Source: a virus (taxonomy: Duplodnaviria > Caudoviricetes). From it: a stretch of 52,452 bases of DNA. How positions within the stretch are numbered: position 1 is the first letter of the stretch; the number at the start of each line of letters is the position of its first letter. A program made the position numbers and the translations under genes. Positions 37,114-47,800 of this stretch are shown piece by piece. The stretch covers positions 1-52,452 of IMG/VR virus record IMGVR_UViG_3300044302_004114, one strand, 5' to 3'. The notes under the pieces are model-generated. The model was not told the origin of the DNA and searched no databases. It worked only from the letters and a program-made list of their open reading frames with translations.

Positions 37114-37145
37114 AACGGGGTCTGGCTTGAACTGGACCTCGTTTT
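37114..37145 (+). terminator. Intrinsic terminator downstream of nrdJ / candidate sRNA
   Basis: AACGGGGTCTGG-CTTGAA-CTGGACCTCGTT-TT. Confidence 0.7.
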
Positions 37146-37162
37146 GTCGTTACAATAAGAAG

Positions 37163-37516
37163 ATGACACGTCTTAATGAATTGAAGAAAAATAAGGTAAA
37201 CCTTTATCTTTGGCATGTGGCTGGATTAATTGAGTTTGCTGGGCTTTCAAAAACATCACCAAAAGACGCAAAAGGACGAGTTTCTTTACCTTTCGCATTA
37301 GCCATGCTTTGTGGGGCAGATCAAAATGGGTATAGTGACGACTTTGAGCATTTACTGGAAGAAGTACCTAGCATGTACGTTCCCATGTTCATATATTGTT
37401 GGGAGTCGATTGAATTAGAAGTTGAAGAAGATATTGTCTATTGGTCGGAAGCCGTAGGAGCGAAAGAGACTGTTAGGCGAATAAGGAATTTAGCAAAAGT
37501 AATAGAACACAGTTAA
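37163..37516 (+). CDS. Hypothetical protein (leaderless)
   Basis: TACAAT-6-ATG; start corrected. Confidence 0.65.
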   Translation: MTRLNELKKNKVNLYLWHVAGLIEFAGLSKTSPKDAKGRVSLPFALAMLCGADQNGYSDDFEHLLEEVPSMYVPMFIYCWESIELEVEEDIVYWSEAVGAKETVRRIRNLAKVIEHS

Positions 37517-37569
37517 TTTTTTCTAAATGTCCATTTGACACACTTCAACAATTGCAGTATTATAGAACT

Positions 37570-37950
37570 ATGAATCATAATACACGCTGGAAAAAACACT
37601 ACGATGCACTAGTGACATATTCAGAGCGATATGGAGACGCACTCGTTCCAAGCGGTCATGTTGAGTTTGTTGGTTCTGGAGAAGAGATTAATCTAGGAAA
37701 CTGGGTTAGTTACATGAGAACCAGATACAGGCAAGACGCTTTATCGAGTGAGCGAATAAGCCTTTTAGAGGGCATACCCACTTGGGATTGGGGACCAGTT
37801 AGACCTGGACCAAAATCTAGAGATATCGTGATTGAGCGAAATTCTATCATTGTAGCAAGGCACAAACAGGGAGATTCCTTGTCTAACATTGCTAAAGAGT
37901 ATGGTTTGTCACGGCAACGTATTCATCAAATAGTTAAAGGGGCAAAATGA
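37570..37950 (+). CDS. Helicase-associated (HA) domain + HTH DNA-binding protein
   Basis: W...Y..L..Y...G...VP, LG.WV...R..Y....L...RI..LE; G.SL..IA.EYGLSRQRIHQI; TTGACA-17-TATTAT-6-ATG. Confidence 0.8.
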   Translation: MNHNTRWKKHYDALVTYSERYGDALVPSGHVEFVGSGEEINLGNWVSYMRTRYRQDALSSERISLLEGIPTWDWGPVRPGPKSRDIVIERNSIIVARHKQGDSLSNIAKEYGLSRQRIHQIVKGAK

Positions 37951-38279
37951 ACAATAGACACAGAAACACTGACGTTGCTTGGAATGCCTTAATGGAAAAC
38001 CTTTCAAAAGAGACAAAACAGAATGGAGTCAATATGTCTAAAGCGAGTCAAATATTTAGTGGGGTGCTATCACTAGCAGCCTTAAACGGCGTAACTGCGG
38101 TTGCGCTCATGCTTTTAAACACAGTAGTAAACAAGGCTTGGCCGGCACTTGAACTGTTCACGCCAGCAATTGGATACTTTCATGCCTTTTACATTACTTT
38201 AATTATATGGGTTATCTGGATTATCAAAACGTCAATTAAGACTGCACAGCAAAGTGCACAGCAAAGGCAACAGCAATGA
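37947..38279 (+). CDS. Membrane protein
   Basis: Two hydrophobic segments; ATGA coupling. Confidence 0.65.
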   Translation: MNNRHRNTDVAWNALMENLSKETKQNGVNMSKASQIFSGVLSLAALNGVTAVALMLLNTVVNKAWPALELFTPAIGYFHAFYITLIIWVIWIIKTSIKTAQQSAQQRQQQ

Positions 38280-38752
38280 CGGACACTTTATGTGAAAGTT
38301 GGGAAGACCTTGCCGAAAAGCATGTCTTGCGAATTTGGGACAGAACATCAGACGTCCACTTCCACGATCCTGTTGGAGAGATACGAAGAACAATAGACAA
38401 CATGATTGATCAGTTTTTTGACGGGAACAAAGAAATAAACTCTGAAGTGTACTGGTTAAATTTAGGGGCGCTAGCCTTAATATGTAATGGTGAGTTTGAT
38501 CCTTATGAAGTTTCTGAAGTGCTTGCCAATAAGCAAAGAGACTACGGTCCAAACAACATTGCTCGATTTGGAGAAAAGGGACTAATCATCAGACTCCACG
38601 ACAAAGTTGCTCGCCTTGAAAACCTTTTGGAAAGTCAAGTTTCTGCTAGGAATGAATCAATTGTTGATACGTACCTAGACATAATAGGTTATTCTGTTAT
38701 TGGCTTAATGTGGATGAATGACGAGTTCCTAACCCCTCTTCGCTCTAAGTAA
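38276..38752 (+). CDS. DUF1599/Nmad1-like nucleotide-modification-associated protein
   Basis: K..DYG..N, G..IRL.DK..RL.NL, ES..DT..D..GY. Confidence 0.75.
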   Translation: MTDTLCESWEDLAEKHVLRIWDRTSDVHFHDPVGEIRRTIDNMIDQFFDGNKEINSEVYWLNLGALALICNGEFDPYEVSEVLANKQRDYGPNNIARFGEKGLIIRLHDKVARLENLLESQVSARNESIVDTYLDIIGYSVIGLMWMNDEFLTPLRSK

Positions 38753-38824
38753 AGCGAGTAAAAACGAGAGGCAACTTAGTTGCGGTATCATATATTAAGA
38801 GTCGTCTTTAAGAGGAGATATACG

Positions 38825-39013
38825 ATGCCAGATCCATTTTTATTTAGAGATAGGGAACGCCGTCGTGGTCGTGGTAGAAGAGGTAGAGCGGACGCTAGAG
38901 GAAGGCGTCCAGGTCTTATAAACAGACTAAGAAACCGAATTGCTGATGCATTAGACCGAGGTGCGGATAACCTAGGCAGACGTGCGGCAGCAAATCGTGC
39001 CCGTAATCGGTAA
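38825..39013 (+). CDS. Small Arg-rich basic protein
   Basis: AGGAG RBS; MPDPFLFRDRERRRGRGRRGR... Confidence 0.7.
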   Translation: MPDPFLFRDRERRRGRGRRGRADARGRRPGLINRLRNRIADALDRGADNLGRRAAANRARNR

Positions 39014-39033
39014 ACTATTACTTAGGTTGCACT

Positions 39034-39675
39034 ATGGCGTTGATAACAGTTTCAAATGTAGAAACATATATGGACATTTCGTTCACCAACACGCAGAAAG
39101 ATGCTGTGGAAATGGTGATAGAGGGGCTACAATCAGAACTGGAAGCGTATTTACGCAGACCAGTTGAGCAAGCCACCTTTACAGAAACATATAGGGTTCC
39201 AGAAACAGGTCGTGGAGTAGTTAATCAACAATATTACTACAATTATCCCACTAACCCAGAGACAACGCTAACTTCTCCAGGAATTATTTACGCACCAACG
39301 TATACCCTGTATTTAGACAACAGTCCAGTTGTGTCTGTGACTTCTGTTTCAATTAAAACGGCAAGTGCCTCTGCAACTGCTACAACACAAGAAGCAGAAA
39401 GAGATTATGTAACAAGAAAGTATGGGATCGATCTTTTTAATGCATATGCAAACGATAGAGTTACGGTTACATACGTTGCTGGTTTAAATGGGGGAGGAAT
39501 TAAGTCCTTCCAATCATTAATGCTTAGAGCAACGGCAAGAGAAGTACAAAATATGTACGATGACACAGTTGGACTAAAAGATTTAACTACAAGAAACATA
39601 GCCCCATTAGAGACAGGCTTCACTGAAAGAGAGTTAGCAAGTATCAAGAGGTATCGCAGAGTAAGGGTGTCCTAA
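39034..39675 (+). CDS. Head-tail adaptor/connector
   Basis: MALIT..V.TY, LE.YL.R, V.VTY.AG; gene position. Confidence 0.75.
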   Translation: MALITVSNVETYMDISFTNTQKDAVEMVIEGLQSELEAYLRRPVEQATFTETYRVPETGRGVVNQQYYYNYPTNPETTLTSPGIIYAPTYTLYLDNSPVVSVTSVSIKTASASATATTQEAERDYVTRKYGIDLFNAYANDRVTVTYVAGLNGGGIKSFQSLMLRATAREVQNMYDDTVGLKDLTTRNIAPLETGFTERELASIKRYRRVRVS

Positions 39676-39676
39676 C

Positions 39677-40183
39677 ATGGCGTATGGAGTTAGGATTAAA
39701 AGTGTTGATACCAGCAGGTTGCGTCGTAGATTTAATGCGATGTCGAGAAGATCGCAGAACTTTAAACCTGTTTTTAGATGGATGATGCAACAACTGCAAG
39801 AAGCCCACAGAGAAAATTTTCGGACTGAAGGAGGGTCATCTGGATTCAGGTGGCAACCTTTAGATCCACAGTATGCTTCATGGAAGTTAGATAACTATGG
39901 AGTAAGAGGAATATTGGTTAGGACAGGAGACTTAAGAGACAGTTTAACTATGAATAGTGGTAGGGGTGCTGTGAGAGACATTGGGTTGCGGACAGCCGAA
40001 TTTGGTACAACAATTGGTTATGCCAAGTTCCACCAAGCAGGCACAGCAAACATGGCACAAAGAAAGCCACTATTCTTACCAAGGTTAATGGCGAACAGGA
40101 CTGGGCACGCTGTTGGAGAGTACATACTGCATGGCTCCATTGGAGATGTTAAATCAATTCTTAGTAGGGGGTTTTTGAGATAA
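39677..40183 (+). CDS. Virion morphogenesis / tail completion protein (Mu gpG-like)
   Basis: W.PL, L..TG.L..SL, GT...YA.FHQ.G...M..R. Confidence 0.8.
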   Translation: MAYGVRIKSVDTSRLRRRFNAMSRRSQNFKPVFRWMMQQLQEAHRENFRTEGGSSGFRWQPLDPQYASWKLDNYGVRGILVRTGDLRDSLTMNSGRGAVRDIGLRTAEFGTTIGYAKFHQAGTANMAQRKPLFLPRLMANRTGHAVGEYILHGSIGDVKSILSRGFLR

Positions 40184-40184
40184 A

Positions 40185-41057
40185 ATGATGTCAGGACCTA
40201 GATTGGCAAAAAGTTATGTAAGTAATTATCTTGCAAACGATCTGCCACCTCGTTTAATTACATACAGGAATCACTGGAATCTGAGTGAGTCACAACTACC
40301 AGATCCACGAAAAATATTAACGTATGAGCCTTTTGCGCTTGATACGTGGCCAACCCTTATTTCCCTAGTTATAAATACTCGCTCGGTTGAGCGAGAGGGA
40401 TATGAATATGATTATGATCCCAATTTTAGGGTTACATATGAAATGCGAACATACGTGTGGACAAGGGCAAATGGCGCAGAGACGGTTACAGAACAACGAG
40501 ATAACCTTACAACTGTGGTGCGTGAGTCTTTAATGGACGGATCTTCTTTATCCTCTTATGACAGCGACGTTCCATGCTACCCAAAAATAAATGAATCAAC
40601 AATTAGGGAAGAATTTTCTGATTTAACCCTAATTAAAGGTGAAAGGCTTTTGGCTGGTGCATATGTAGCATACGACTTATCCCTTGAAGAAATAATCGAT
40701 CATACTCCGGTAGGCATTATGCAGACGCATGAGAATACCGTTTCAAAACTTGCAGTAACCGCAAACGCCCCCACGAATGTTATTGCAGTGGCTGGTAATG
40801 CGCAAGTTACACTAGGTTGGACTACTTCAACATGGAATGGCGGAGTTTATAATATAACTGGGTATCAGATTCAACAAAGCACAGATGGTGGCTCTACATG
40901 GAGTACGGCTGTCGCTGATACGGGATCTACTGATACCGCAAAGGTTATCACTAGTTTGTCTAACGGAACTAAATATTTATTTAGAGTTGGCGCTATAAAT
41001 GCGGCAGGTACTGGTGCTTATTCAGCAAATAGTGTATCTGTTACGCCATCTGCGTGA
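40185..41057 (+). CDS. Neck/tail-terminator-like protein with C-terminal fibronectin III domain
   Basis: APTNV.A.AGN.QV.L.W...ITGY.I, L.NGT.Y.FRV.A.N..G.G. Confidence 0.7.
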   Translation: MMSGPRLAKSYVSNYLANDLPPRLITYRNHWNLSESQLPDPRKILTYEPFALDTWPTLISLVINTRSVEREGYEYDYDPNFRVTYEMRTYVWTRANGAETVTEQRDNLTTVVRESLMDGSSLSSYDSDVPCYPKINESTIREEFSDLTLIKGERLLAGAYVAYDLSLEEIIDHTPVGIMQTHENTVSKLAVTANAPTNVIAVAGNAQVTLGWTTSTWNGGVYNITGYQIQQSTDGGSTWSTAVADTGSTDTAKVITSLSNGTKYLFRVGAINAAGTGAYSANSVSVTPSA

Positions 41058-41190
41058 TGATATTTATAGTTTCAACGATTTCTAGACAGTCAGTGGTAGT
41101 ATAATAAAGAATAAGCAGACGCTTAGGCGTCTGTCATTTGAAATCGATACTGGTATTGTATACATCTAATAAGGAATATGGAGGCTTAAA

Positions 41191-42702
41191 ATGCCGGGAG
41201 TAAACGTAACAACTGCGGTACGTAGTGGTCCAGTAGGGACTAACGACGTTGTTGCAGGCCAGTTGTTTGTTGTTGGAGAAGCCGAGCGTGGGCCTACAGA
41301 TGAACCCACACTTTTAAGATCCTTCAGTGACTATACAACCTACTACGGAAATTATCAGTCAGGTAGCCTTTACGCACATGTAAAGACTTACTTTGACGAG
41401 GGAGGCGCACGTTGTTATGTTATGCGTGTTGCTGGAGGTAGTTCTGCCGCAGGTAGCATTACCTTAAACAACTCAAGTGGTTCCGCTACAATGGACATCA
41501 CTGCCAAAAACGTTGGTGCATGGGCTGACAACTTGAAAGTTCAAGTTCTTGCTGCAGATGTTTCTGGTTACAGACTACAAATTGTTCTAGATGGAGAAAC
41601 CCTATTAACAACTCGTGACCTCACGAGCGTTACAGACGGTGTTAATGTAATTAACACTTCTGAGGTTGCCCACCTTATCACTGCAAGTGACAACACTACA
41701 GCAACTGGCAACCCTGCCACTCTTGCTTCCACGGCACTATCCGGTGGATCGAACGGTAGTGCTGTTGCGGATGCAGACATTGTTGCAGCGCTTGCTACAG
41801 ACACAACGAAATTAAGCCCTAACCTTAAGTCTGGTGCCATTGCCGCCCCAGGTCGAGGTAAGGGAGCATCAGCAGATGCTATATGGACTGCTTTGAGAGA
41901 TCATGCTGCAGCAAACAATCGTATTGCTCTTCTTGGTTTCAACAGCGGAACTGCTGCAGGTACCGCTAAGACAGAAGCGTCCGCATATTATGCTGATGCA
42001 AAAGCATCATACATGGCTTTCTATTGGCCAGAGATTAAAGTTCCAGTTCCAAACTCTTCAGAGTTAGCAACCGGAACCGCTTCACTTGCTGGAGCAACTC
42101 TTACAATTGATCCTGTATGTTATGCTGCTGGCGCCCGTGCTAAGGCAGTTGCTGAAGTTGGTGGTCCATGGCGTGCAGGCGCTGGGCAAATTTCTTCTGC
42201 GATGACTGTTAAAGACTTGGCTTCAGACGTCACCCCAGCAACGGGAGATGCACTTGATAACGCTAGAGTTAATGCCATACGTAAGATTGGTGATCAAATC
42301 CGTGTTTACGGTGCGAGATCAGTTTCTAACGATGAAGCAAACTGGCGCTACATAACAATGCGTGATACAATGAACTACATTACTCTTGGAATTGAAGATC
42401 GTATGGAACAATACGTATTTGAAACAATTGATGGTAGTGGTAACTTGTTTGGGCGTATTCGTGGATCAGTTAAGGCATTCCTTGAGCCAATTCGAATCGC
42501 AGGTGGTTTGTACGAAGCATACGATGTAAACGGACAATTGATAGATCCGGGTTACAACGTCATTGTTGATGGAACAATTAATCCTGCTACCCAACTTGCT
42601 ACTGGTCTAGTTAAGGCTCAGGTCGGAGTAAGGGTTTCTGGAGTCGCAGACTTAATTGATATAGTAATTACTAAGAGCAATCTATCAGCCCCACTGATAT
42701 AA
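41191..42702 (+). CDS. Contractile tail sheath protein
   Basis: MPGV.V, AERGP, YF.EGG..CYV.RV, G.W, VN.IR, VYGARS, YVFE.ID. Confidence 0.92.
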   Translation: MPGVNVTTAVRSGPVGTNDVVAGQLFVVGEAERGPTDEPTLLRSFSDYTTYYGNYQSGSLYAHVKTYFDEGGARCYVMRVAGGSSAAGSITLNNSSGSATMDITAKNVGAWADNLKVQVLAADVSGYRLQIVLDGETLLTTRDLTSVTDGVNVINTSEVAHLITASDNTTATGNPATLASTALSGGSNGSAVADADIVAALATDTTKLSPNLKSGAIAAPGRGKGASADAIWTALRDHAAANNRIALLGFNSGTAAGTAKTEASAYYADAKASYMAFYWPEIKVPVPNSSELATGTASLAGATLTIDPVCYAAGARAKAVAEVGGPWRAGAGQISSAMTVKDLASDVTPATGDALDNARVNAIRKIGDQIRVYGARSVSNDEANWRYITMRDTMNYITLGIEDRMEQYVFETIDGSGNLFGRIRGSVKAFLEPIRIAGGLYEAYDVNGQLIDPGYNVIVDGTINPATQLATGLVKAQVGVRVSGVADLIDIVITKSNLSAPLI

Positions 42703-42714
42703 GGAGTAAGGTAA

Positions 42715-43161
42715 ATGGCTAAAGCAACACAGAGACAAATCGTTGGAGAGATACATGCGGTTGAACTTCCAGGACATACTAAAGGTCCAGATTTTCCCAA
42801 GTACTTTGCAACTGTAAGCGGTGGCGAGATTAGTGCATCTGTGGAAAAAGTGTATGATGGAAACAGCACTTTTCCAGAGGTTCTATGTGCGCCTTCAGAA
42901 ATTGGTGACATTACTGTAAGTAAATTCTACGATCCAGATGAGGATGCAACTAAGTTGAATCAACTTCGACAAATAGTTGGAATGGCTTACTACGATGTTG
43001 TTATCATGACTTTAAACTGTGACCTTAAAGAACCAGGCTCTGAGCGTACTTACGCTAAGTGCCTACTTGTTGGTCTTTCGGAGCCTGATGGTGATGCATC
43101 ATCTGGTGCTCCTTCAGCATACTCACTGACATTCTCAGTAAGTTCAGTTGCAGCAGTATAA
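42715..43161 (+). CDS. Tail tube protein
   Basis: Follows the sheath; F...SGG, IT.S..YD, 148 aa. Confidence 0.8.
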   Translation: MAKATQRQIVGEIHAVELPGHTKGPDFPKYFATVSGGEISASVEKVYDGNSTFPEVLCAPSEIGDITVSKFYDPDEDATKLNQLRQIVGMAYYDVVIMTLNCDLKEPGSERTYAKCLLVGLSEPDGDASSGAPSAYSLTFSVSSVAAV

Positions 43162-43189
43162 AAGTTAAATAAACTTTTCTTTTAGAATC

Positions 43190-43220
43190 GGCACCACCTT
43201 GAGTGGTGTCTTTTCTTTTT
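43190..43220 (+). terminator. Intrinsic terminator after the tube gene
   Basis: GGCACCAC-CTTGA-GTGGTGTC-TTTTCTTTTT. Confidence 0.85.
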
Positions 43221-43296
43221 ATATCTACTTGACCGCCTTAGGAAATTTTAGTATTATATTTATGAAGTTGACCGCACATAAATATAAGGAAAAACT

Positions 43297-44031
43297 ATGG
43301 CAATCCCAACAGTATCAAGCAGAGTTAATATTAAAGACTTGCACCCAAAGTTCAAACAACGTCTCGAAGCGTTCTTTGCCGATCCACGAATTAAAGGCAA
43401 AGTTTCTGTTTCTTCTGGCGTTAGGACGTACCAACAGCAAAAGTACCTGTATGACGGGTACAAGAGTCGCCGTCCGGGGTTCAACCTGGCGGCCAACCCA
43501 GATCGAGTAAATAGCGCAGGGTTCCAAGGGTCTTACCACATGAGCCAACCTAAATTCCAAGGGTATGGTTACGCAGTAGACTTTAGAATCGTGGGCAAAG
43601 GAATTACAACTACACAGGTTAATGCTATTGCTAAAGAGTACGGTATTGTTAAGACAGTTCCTTCTGAGTGGTGGCATCATCAGCCTTGCCGTGTAAGTGG
43701 AACAAAAATGGACTGGTTCCCTGTAGGCAAGGAAAAGAAACTACCTAAGGCTGCTTCTGTTAAGAAAGAACAGGAGAATGTGTTTGCGTTTATTGGAGAA
43801 GCAATCAAAACTACGCTTCGTAAAGGCGCAAAAGGACCTGTTGTAGAGTTCTTACAGAAACTCTTAGATAAGAATGGGTACAAACTTTCAAACCGTCCTA
43901 AGAAATATTCTGGCGTAGACGGCGATTTTGGTCGTATGACTGATCGTGCTGTTCGCCAGTTCCAAAAGGACGAAGGTCTAGTTGTTGATGGTATAGTTGG
44001 TCCCAACACTTGGGGCAGACTCATCGACTAG
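43297..44031 (+). CDS. Endolysin: M15 Zn-peptidase + peptidoglycan-binding domain
   Basis: SG.RT..QQ..LY, SYH...GYAVD, EWWH; DG.FG..T..AV..FQ...GL.VDGIVGP.TW; own promoter TTGACC-17-TATTAT (43229-43257). Confidence 0.88.
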   Translation: MAIPTVSSRVNIKDLHPKFKQRLEAFFADPRIKGKVSVSSGVRTYQQQKYLYDGYKSRRPGFNLAANPDRVNSAGFQGSYHMSQPKFQGYGYAVDFRIVGKGITTTQVNAIAKEYGIVKTVPSEWWHHQPCRVSGTKMDWFPVGKEKKLPKAASVKKEQENVFAFIGEAIKTTLRKGAKGPVVEFLQKLLDKNGYKLSNRPKKYSGVDGDFGRMTDRAVRQFQKDEGLVVDGIVGPNTWGRLID

Positions 44032-44066
44032 TTGACACACCTATTGGAAAGAGGTAACATAGTTAC

Positions 44067-44591
44067 ATGAGTACTGATAAAAATACTGAAGAAGTTGAAG
44101 TTGCATCTGCTGAGTCTGATGCACCTGTTGCTAAGAAAAAAACTGCTCGTTTGACAGTTTTGGATCAATTGAAGGAAGAAATCTCTAAAGAGGTTACTCG
44201 CCCTGACATTGAGATTCCTGTTCCAGAGCGCAAAGGCGTAACTGTAAGGTTTTCTCCAAACATTACAAATGAACAACTAAAATCTTGGCGACGAAATGCT
44301 ACAAACCGTAAAACAGAAGAACTTGATTCTATCAAGTTTTCTTGTTACGTTGTAGGTCAGACTGTTAGTGGAATTTATTTCAACGATGAAATTGTTTTGG
44401 ATGACGAGGGTAATGAGATTACCTTTGCTTCTCCTGTAATCATGGAGATGACTGACACTGATCGTCCATTGCCTGACGCAATTCGTGCATTTTATGCCGT
44501 TGACCCTCACTTAGAATCTGTAGCACTCAAGATACTTGATTACGCAGGTTACGGTGATGATATCGACGCAGAGGACCCTATTCTGGGCTAG
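44067..44591 (+). CDS. Tail assembly chaperone (G), leaderless
   Basis: Position before the tape measure; TTGACA-17-TAACAT-6-ATG. Confidence 0.75.
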   Translation: MSTDKNTEEVEVASAESDAPVAKKKTARLTVLDQLKEEISKEVTRPDIEIPVPERKGVTVRFSPNITNEQLKSWRRNATNRKTEELDSIKFSCYVVGQTVSGIYFNDEIVLDDEGNEITFASPVIMEMTDTDRPLPDAIRAFYAVDPHLESVALKILDYAGYGDDIDAEDPILG

Positions 44592-44785
44592 TTGACGAAT
44601 TAGCCGGGGATATTAGGATCAGATCAGCGGCACGACTAGCCGAAGCATTTCATACTGATCCTATTCAGATTTTAAATTCTGACTACGATGAGTGGTTAAT
44701 ACGCTTGGCTGTTGCTACAGCCCTTTCTAGAGATCAAGCGGAGAGGGAGCGAAAACGCAACAATACTACAGGTGGTTACGGATAA
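44576..44785 (+). CDS. Tail assembly chaperone frameshift extension (T), -1 frame
   Basis: Open -1 frame without ATG: LVDELAGDIRIRSAARLAEAFHTDPIQIL...GGYG*. Confidence 0.7.
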   Translation, partial: PYSGLVDELAGDIRIRSAARLAEAFHTDPIQILNSDYDEWLIRLAVATALSRDQAERERKRNNTTGGYG

Positions 44786-44788
44786 AGG

Positions 44789-44831
44789 ACTGGGAATTTT
44801 TGTAGAATATCTACAGAAGTTCCCAGTTTTT
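44789..44831 (+). terminator. Long hairpin with U-tract before the tape measure gene
   Basis: ACTGGGAATTTTTGTAGA-ATA-TCTACAGAAGTTCCCAGT-TTTT. Confidence 0.6.
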
Positions 44832-44847
44832 CTGTTTTGAGGTAGCA

Positions 44848-47800
44848 ATGGCTGTTGAAGAAAAAGTAGTAATTAAGGTTGAGATTGATGCCGACATCAC
44901 AAATGACCTTGCTGCTATTGAACGACGTATACGAAACCTAGATGCTACCACGAAAAAGTTTAACAACACTAACCGTGATCTAGATAAAACGACTAATAAA
45001 CTTACACGGCGCTTTGGTGGAATGACTAGAGCAGTGACTGGTTTTATGAAAGTATTTACCAAGTTCATTACCATGATGGGAAAGTTTTCTTTTCTTGCCC
45101 TTGCTGGACACATTGCTATAGTTACGGCTGGATTGTTGGCGGCTAAAGCGGCCTTAATAACTGGTCGAGCAGCGGTTAAACTGTATGATGTTGCATTAAA
45201 GGGTTTGACTGTCACAGCGGCTGGACTTGCAACAACTTTAGCGGTTGCTGCTGCAGCCATGCGAGAATTTAATGAAGCACAATTGGCACCTATTTTGGGT
45301 GGCGGAAACCTAGGCATGAATAGGGCTAGGACGTTTACTCAAGGGATAAGTAGTAGAAACCTTGGTTTGCTTGGCGGTGAAGCAAGTGCTTCTGTTATAA
45401 ACTCTCTTGCTAGGTCTGGAATTCAAGGCGCACGAGCCAACCAGTTAGTAACTAATTTGTTTAACATTGCGGGCGGTGACGCTAAGGCAGTGACGACATT
45501 GGCTGCTGCTATTGGTTCTAGAAACTTTGGTGATGCTCGAACAGCAGTTCAAGGTGCGCAAGGTTTCAAAAAAGGATCTTTAGGCGGAGTCACCACTATG
45601 GCTGGTCTTACTGGAGTAATTAGCGCTGGTGGAGCAACCAAAGCAGGATTTCAAGGGCTATCTCAAAACATGGGTGGCACACTAATAGGAACTGCAAAAA
45701 CTGAGTTTGCTGGACAAAAAGGACTTTTTGCTGATTTAGGTGAGCCTTTACTTGGACCATTCCGAGACACATTCTTACAAATATCTAATATTATTAAAAA
45801 CGACATTATTTCAATGGCCTCCATAATTCAAAAGTTTGGTGAAGGTTCATTTGCTCCTACACTGGTTACTACCGTTAGGGCTATTTCTGGCTGGGTTCGA
45901 GAAAACGTTTTGGAAGATATTGATCGAATTGAAGAGATGGGAAAAAGTTTCGTTGGGTTCTTTGTAGGAGTTAGAGACTTCTTTGACTCCATGGGTGCAT
46001 GGTTTAACAAGTTTGAACCCGCAGCCAATTTGTTGCTAGATATGTTTAGGGCAATGGGTAGCGCTGCTGGTGGTAGAGGTCTTTTCGCAGAGTTCAGACA
46101 ACTTATGATGAGCAATGCTGATAACTTTATTGCGTTTGGTGAATCTCTTGGTAACGTTATAGGTTCTTTGTTTGATCGGCTATCTAATGGACAGACAGGG
46201 TTCTTTGATAAACTTCCTTTGATTAATGAAGTTTTAGATAAACTGGCTTTTGAAGTAATTCCCGCCATGTTCAATTTATTCAATACAATATTCCCCATTC
46301 TTGAGCAACTGCCAGAGGCGCTTCATAGTTTGGCTAGCGTACTAAACTTTCTAGCCCCAATAGTTTCAACTCTTGTAACTTCTATTGCTTCGCTAGCATC
46401 AATGGTTAATAGTATAGGTGGTGGCAATACGTTTGGTACGGCTATCATGGCGGGCGCTATGTATATGGGCGGTAGAAAGTTAGGGGTTTTTGGAAGGGCT
46501 GCTAGAACAGCCCGAAACGCATCAGGCATGGGTCGTGTCGCATTTGCTGGGTCAAACATAGCCGCTGGTGCTAGAAGCCTATCAGGAAGTCGAGCGATTG
46601 CAAGTAGACAACTCAGTTCGGGGTATCAAGCATTCAGGCATGGACAAGGTGTAAGAGGGGCTTTTCAGGCTTCTAAACTTGCTGGAGTAAGAGCAGGCGC
46701 TATGACGGGTGCGAGATTTATGCCACTGGCTAATGTTGCTCTTTCGGGATACATGGCTTATAATTCACTTAACCAAGCGGCTCAGACTGGACAGATGACT
46801 GGATCAACTGCCTTGTCTGGTGGATTGGCGGGAATGTCAATTGGAGGAATGGTTGGTGGACCTCTTGGAGCAGCGGTTGGTGCCGCAATCGGAGCAATAG
46901 CCGGTGGCGTTGGAGAATGGTTTGCTTCTAGGAAAGGTCAAGAGAGACTAAGAAAAGAAGCCGACAAGCAATCTACAAGAATATTTAATGAAGCCTCTGG
47001 TTTTAAAGTTGGGTCAGGAACGGAAGCCTATATGAAGCAAGCAGGTATGCTTGAAGGCTTTTCCGCTGCTTTTTTTGCAGACAAAGCAAGAGATGAATAT
47101 GGAAGACTCAAAGTAAACGATAAAGGGAATTTTGAAGGCGACACTGCTGAGTTTGGTAAGTTCTTGTTAAGCATGGGTGTTGATCCCGACAGCGTACATA
47201 GAGATAATCTTTTCACATCATTGGTAAACAAAGGGTTACTGTCGGAACTTGAAAATAGCGTGATGGCCGCTGAAGATCTTTACGTTAGGCAAATAAATAG
47301 AGTTGTGGAAGCGACTGGAATAGCGGCAGAAAATATCGAAGGCGTCATGGATATGCTAAACATTGATGGATACAAAGATCTCAATGAGACAGCAATTGGC
47401 GTACTTTCAACATTATTTACTATGGGTGACATTGATAGAACTAAGTCTTTTATTGGTAATATTGATTTATCAACAAGCCCCATAGGTCAGCGTACTAGAT
47501 CTGCTTCAGTTGATGCTGCTCTAAATGCGTTTATCTCTGGTGGTTCAATGGATGAGCAATTATTGATGGACATCTTTAACGCTATCGGAATTGCTGAAGT
47601 GGCTATGGGTGGAAGCGCTGACTTGGCTGGTGTTTCTGGAATTACGTTTATTAAAAAAGCGCAAGAGGCTGGGGCGTTTGGTGGCGTGGACGTTGTTGGT
47701 CAATTTGGATTGAATGCTGCACTAGCGACTCAATATCAACTACTTTCGGACGAGTCTGGAATCCCTGTTTCACAGTTTGAAGGTAAAACTACTTTTGAAA

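Noticed and set aside
37030-37145. tRNA gene
   Set aside because: No cloverleaf or GTTC T-loop
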